A stretch of 64,000 nucleotides of DNA from Alphaproteobacteria bacterium (GTDB taxonomy: Bacteria; Pseudomonadota; Alphaproteobacteria; UBA9219): assembly GCA_034002905.1 (NCBI GenBank), contig JAVEZQ010000002.1, positions 31,348 to 95,347 of the forward strand. The letters run 5' to 3'. Position 1 is the first letter of the stretch, and each line of letters opens with the position of its first letter. Positions 60,265-64,000 of the stretch are shown piece by piece. Position numbers and translations under genes: made by a program. The notes beneath the pieces were generated by a model that made no database searches, was not told where the DNA came from, and was given only the letters and a program-made list of their open reading frames with translations.

Positions 60265-61416
60265 ATGACCATCTCCTCCCAGCCTAACCATTTTATTCTT
60301 CCCGATATGCCGACCACGGACGATCTAATTCCGTATCTGCGTGAGATTGATCACAACCAATGGTACACCAATTTCGGCCCCCTATCACAACGCTTTGAAA
60401 AGCTGTTTGCCGAAAGAATGGCGCAAGCGCATGGCACGACAATGCCCCATTATTGCGTCGCCATCAATTCCGGCACGCGGGCGCTTAGCCTTGGCCTACG
60501 TTTTCTCGGGATAAAAGCTGGCGATAACGTCCTTGTGCCAACCGTGACCTTTCCGGCTTGCCCGCTTGCCGCACTTCATATCGGCGCTAATGCGATACTT
60601 TCGGATGTCGATCCCGAAAGCTGGACGCTCACCCCTGCTATTGCACGCGCGGCCGCTGCTCATAACAAAATCGATGCGGTGATGCCCGTTGCAATCTATG
60701 GCATGCCCATCGATGCCGTTGCATGGGATGCTTTCACCGAAGAGACGGGCATTCCCGTCCTGATCGATGCCGCCGCCGCTGTCGAGTCTCAACACTATCT
60801 GAATAAAGGACTTGTGGCGCACAGCCTGCATGCGCTCAAACCTTTTGGTATTGGAGAAGGCGGCATGCTTGTAACGTCTGACCCACAGACAGCTGAAAAG
60901 GCCCATCAGACCATCAACTTTGGAATGAAAGACCGCATTACCATGCTGGATGGCGAAAACGCCAAAATCAGCGAATATCATGCCGCCGTAGGTTTGGCGC
61001 AACTTGAACGCTGGGTGGGGATCAAAACACGGCGACGTAAGGTGATGGCCCTTTATCTTGATGCTCTTGCCCAAGAACAGCGCCTCGGCACGCTTCCCGC
61101 TTTCAAATACTGCATCCCTGGCAATCTGATGATCGATCTTAAAGCTGGCGGCGCAACGGCGCTTTTAGAAAGGCTTAAAGCGCGCGATATCGCCGCACAT
61201 CGTACCTATCTGCCGCCTCTTTACGATCATCCCTATTTCATGTCACTGACCTGTCTAAACGCCAAGGGCGAGACCGTGACACCGGATCAAATGACTGGCG
61301 CCATTTTTATGCAGGAGCACGTGATTGGCCTGCCGTTTCATCCCTTTATGACCGCAGAGGACATTGCCCATACGGTCATGATCTTGTCGCAATGTCTTGA
61401 TAAAAATTATTTGTAA
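60265..61416 (+). CDS. DegT/DnrJ/EryC1/StrS-family PLP-dependent (sugar) aminotransferase
   Basis: 383 aa. The fold-type I aminotransferase pattern has the PLP-lysine in HSLHALKPFGIGEGG and a DegT-like N-terminus. Confidence 0.8.
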   Translation: MTISSQPNHFILPDMPTTDDLIPYLREIDHNQWYTNFGPLSQRFEKLFAERMAQAHGTTMPHYCVAINSGTRALSLGLRFLGIKAGDNVLVPTVTFPACPLAALHIGANAILSDVDPESWTLTPAIARAAAAHNKIDAVMPVAIYGMPIDAVAWDAFTEETGIPVLIDAAAAVESQHYLNKGLVAHSLHALKPFGIGEGGMLVTSDPQTAEKAHQTINFGMKDRITMLDGENAKISEYHAAVGLAQLERWVGIKTRRRKVMALYLDALAQEQRLGTLPAFKYCIPGNLMIDLKAGGATALLERLKARDIAAHRTYLPPLYDHPYFMSLTCLNAKGETVTPDQMTGAIFMQEHVIGLPFHPFMTAEDIAHTVMILSQCLDKNYL

Positions 61417-61434
61417 AGGGCCTTTTTCGGGAGA

Positions 61435-61830
61435 ATGCGTATCATGAACGTCAAGACTCTGTTCCTCATTCCGCTGTCGGCCATGCTTCTTTCTGCCTGC
61501 ACCCATTACGCATGGGTCAAGCCCATCGGAGATCCGGCCACTTATCCTGCCGATCATTACGCCTGCAGTCAAGCGGCCATCCAGTCCTTGCCCCCTGTTT
61601 ATAAGGTTTACGACCCCTACCCCGCCTATTATGGCTGGCATGAGCCAAGGCCTTGTTTCTACGAATCACATCACCTGCGTTGCCCGCCACACCTACGACC
61701 GCTGGACTTGCCCCCACCGCCACGAACAATCGATTTGAACCGTTCGGGCCGCGAAGACCTCTATAATTCATGTATGAATGCCCATGGTTGGTACCTGCAG
61801 CCTATCGACAACGAGCCCGCAAACCCTTAA
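61435..61830 (+). CDS. hypothetical lipoprotein, Pro/Tyr/His-rich (131 aa)
   Basis: Signal peptide with an LLSAC lipobox. The mature part is rich in P, Y and H (PPVYKVYDPYPAYYGWHEPRPCFYESHHLRCPPHLRPLDLPPPPRT). Confidence 0.45.
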   Translation: MRIMNVKTLFLIPLSAMLLSACTHYAWVKPIGDPATYPADHYACSQAAIQSLPPVYKVYDPYPAYYGWHEPRPCFYESHHLRCPPHLRPLDLPPPPRTIDLNRSGREDLYNSCMNAHGWYLQPIDNEPANP

Positions 61831-61878
61831 AGTCATATTGGCGCCTCGCCGCAAACGTGAATCACTAAGGATCGTGAA

Positions 61879-62703
61879 ATGATGAAACCTTTTCATCTCG
61901 CTCGCCTATTACGTCCAACCCTCTTTCTTTTCATCGGCCTACTCAGCATTCCGGGCTGTTCGTCCGAGGAAAAGGTGATTGATGATCGTCCGGTCGAGGA
62001 GCTGTATGGCGAAGCGCAACGCCTTATGAAAGAAGAGGACTACAACGCTGCCGCCAAGCAGTTTGAAGAAGTTGAGCGCCAGCATCCCTATTCAGCTTGG
62101 GCCACACGCGCGCAGCTCATGACTGGCTATGCCTTTTATGAGGCTATGGACTATGACTCGGCTATCGTCGCCCTCGACCAGTTCGTCCAGATCCATCCGG
62201 GACATAAAGATGTCGCCTATGCCTATTATCTGGCTGCCCTGTCCGAATATGAACGATTGGCCGACGTCCGCCGCGACCAAAGCAATGCAAAGAATGCGCT
62301 CACGCGCTTACAAGCCGTTGTCAATCGCTTCCCCGACACCGCCTATGCCAAGGATGCGCAACTTAAAATCGCGCTGGTCAATGACCACCTCGCTGGTGCG
62401 GAGATGGAAGTTGGCCGCAACTACCTGAAGCAAAAACTCTACACCGCCGCCGTGGGGCGTTTCCGCACCGTTGTTGAAAAGTACCAGACGACAAGCCATG
62501 TTCCCGAAGCGCTGCACCGCCTTGTTGAATGTTACCTTGCGCTGGGGATTACCGAAGAAGCCAAAGCCGTCGCGGCCGTTCTGGGCCACAACTTCCCCGG
62601 CTCGTCTTGGTATGAAAACAGCTATAAGCTTCTTGTCAAAGAAAACCTCGCCCCCGAACGCAGTGACAAGAGTTGGGTCTCTGGCCTGTGGGATACGCTT
62701 TAA
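61879..62703 (+). CDS. bamD: outer membrane protein assembly factor BamD
   Basis: A lipoprotein signal (…IPGCSS) and TPR-like repeats matching BamD/YfiO. It lies upstream of recN. Confidence 0.8.
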   Translation: MMKPFHLARLLRPTLFLFIGLLSIPGCSSEEKVIDDRPVEELYGEAQRLMKEEDYNAAAKQFEEVERQHPYSAWATRAQLMTGYAFYEAMDYDSAIVALDQFVQIHPGHKDVAYAYYLAALSEYERLADVRRDQSNAKNALTRLQAVVNRFPDTAYAKDAQLKIALVNDHLAGAEMEVGRNYLKQKLYTAAVGRFRTVVEKYQTTSHVPEALHRLVECYLALGITEEAKAVAAVLGHNFPGSSWYENSYKLLVKENLAPERSDKSWVSGLWDTL

Positions 62704-62712
62704 GGCTTGCCC

Positions 62713-64000
62713 ATGCTTGCGCGCCTGACGATCCAGAATGTTGTCCTGATCGACAAGCTCGTTGTGCCCTTTAAAGAAGGACTGAACGTGCTGACAGGCG
62801 AAACAGGCGCAGGCAAATCCATCTTGCTGGATTCCCTCGGCCTCGCGCTTGGCGGACGCAGCGAGGCAGCCCTTGTCCGCAAAGATGCCGAACAGGCAAC
62901 CGTGACGGCCGAGTTCACAGGCCCCCTGCCCGCTTCGCTTGCCACGCTTTTACGCGAACAATCCCTTGAAGTCGAAGAACCCCTGATCCTGCGCCGTATT
63001 GTAGGCAAAGACGGCAAAAGCCGCGCTTGTCTGTGCGATCAACCAGTCAGCATTGCTCTTTTGAAAAATATTGGCGAGAGCCTTGTCGAAATCCATGGGC
63101 AATTTGAAACGCATGGTCTGCTCAATCCCGCCAACCACCGCATGATCCTTGATGCCTTTGCGAGTGTCGGCGCGCTCAAACAAAAAGTCGCTCAAGCCTA
63201 TGAGGCATGGCATACGGCGGTGACAGCGCACCAAACAGCACTTCAGGAACAAGAACGCGCACAAGCGGAAGAAGACTTCCTCAAAGCCGCTGTCGCCGAG
63301 CTGAATAACCTTGCGCCCCAAGAAGACGAAATTGACAAGCTGGCGCAGCAACGCACAACCCTTCAGCATCGTGAAAAACTTGTTGAGGCCTTAGAGACAA
63401 CCGAAAGCGCCTTGTCAGGCGAACGCGGTGCGGTCGCTTCGCTGTCACAAGCTGGCAAAACACTCTCCCGCATCGCGGACAAAGCCCCGGATGCCCAAAA
63501 AATCCTTGAGATAATCGATCGCGCAGCAAGTGACCTTGACGAGGCCACGCACCAACTCAGCCGCATGATCCGCGATATCGGCAGTGATACGACAACGCTT
63601 GAATCGATTGAAGAACGCCTCTTCAAGCTTCGCGCTGTGGCGCGAAAGCATAATGTGCCGGCCGAAACACTCCACAAGCTGCAAACGACGCTCGCGGCGC
63701 GGCTCGATTTGTTAATGGATCAGGGTGAACATATCGCGGCATTGGCCAAAGAAGCGATGAAAGCGCGCGCAGCCTATCACGAGCTTGCGCTCAAACTGAG
63801 CAACGAACGAACCAAAGCCGCAGAGAAACTCGCGCAAAAGATTATGCAAGAACTGCCGCCGCTCAAACTCGAACGCGCGATCTTCAAAGTTGAATGCACC
63901 CCTATGGATCAAAACCAGTGGAACGCGGAAGGGATGGACAAAATAACATTCACCGCTGCCACCAATCCGGGGCAAAGCCTTTCGGCGCTCAACAAGGTTG
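62713..64000 (+). CDS. recN: DNA repair protein RecN (5' part; continues beyond window end)
   Basis: Manual translation from the ATG at 62713 gives MLARLTIQNVVLIDKLVVPFKEGLNVLTGETGAGKSILLDSLGLALGGRSEA, the RecN N-terminal Walker A region. No stop before position 64000. It is absent from the ORF track because it is partial. Confidence 0.8.
   Translation, partial: MLARLTIQNVVLIDKLVVPFKEGLNVLTGETGAGKSILLDSLGLALGGRSEAALVRKDAEQATVTAEFTGPLPASLATLLREQSLEVEEPLILRRIVGKDGKSRACLCDQPVSIALLKNIGESLVEIHGQFETHGLLNPANHRMILDAFASVGALKQKVAQAYEAWHTAVTAHQTALQEQERAQAEEDFLKAAVAELNNLAPQEDEIDKLAQQRTTLQHREKLVEALETTESALSGERGAVASLSQAGKTLSRIADKAPDAQKILEIIDRAASDLDEATHQLSRMIRDIGSDTTTLESIEERLFKLRAVARKHNVPAETLHKLQTTLAARLDLLMDQGEHIAALAKEAMKARAAYHELALKLSNERTKAAEKLAQKIMQELPPLKLERAIFKVECTPMDQNQWNAEGMDKITFTAATNPGQSLSALNKV

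Noticed and set aside
60081-60287. 68-aa ORF upstream of the DegT aminotransferase
   Set aside because: It overlaps the aminotransferase start and has no RBS or motifs. It is probably non-coding 5' region.

Overview
This window is a moderately GC-rich alphaproteobacterial chromosomal segment, judged from gene content and synteny (rnhB–ccrM, short Obg, rpoZ–rsh, Gly/Arg-rich N-extension on S18, bamD–recN).

Most of the window is conserved housekeeping genes: an ABC1-family kinase (partial), fabG–fabD, hldD–hldE (ADP-heptose), efp–suhB, H+-pyrophosphatase hppA, nusB–ribH–ribB–ribE–nrdR–glyA–rpiB, rnhB–ccrM, obg–rpmA–rplU, ettA, rsh–rpoZ, an NYN-domain protein, smpB, slt, fumC, an AsmA-family protein, tsaC/sua5, yqgE, dsbD, rnhA, a GT9 heptosyltransferase, ppdK, rpsF–rpsR–rplI, a DegT aminotransferase, and bamD–recN (partial).

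I found no tRNA or rRNA genes, no CRISPR array and no transposase/IS element.

The accessory content that stands out:
- **A 9-kb module at 5.5–14.6 kb.** A three-gene ABC-2 exporter (ATPase plus two permeases, translationally coupled by ATGA overlaps) sits divergent from a large family-1 glycosyltransferase. The glycosyltransferase is followed by a prepilin-peptidase fragment that carries only the N-terminal tetracysteine domain. That fragment abuts a 4.3-kb gene for a 1430-aa putative lipoprotein. The lipoprotein has 12 tandem ~55-aa four-cysteine repeats (consensus CG..G....P...LC..G..S.V.G.GPW.W.C.G..GG...SC.A) that I cannot assign to any known family, Pro-rich linkers and a C-terminal OmpA-like domain. 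A perfect 2x20-bp tandem direct repeat lies in its upstream region.
- **Four small AT-richer (by eye) islets inserted between housekeeping genes.** Each encodes an orphan protein: a 438-aa protein; a membrane-anchored SAM methyltransferase plus a 141-aa protein next to ccrM; a 78-aa protein plus a 316-aa HExxH protein; and a ~280-aa protein between ppdK and rpsF.
- **Also notable:** a CtrA-box-like TTAA-N7-TTAA with two GANTC sites just upstream of ccrM; an orphan FliL-like protein; a secreted SNase-like protein; an RHH_4 protein overlapping fumC; several clean rho-independent terminators; and an unannotatable ~400-nt structured non-coding stretch next to efp.
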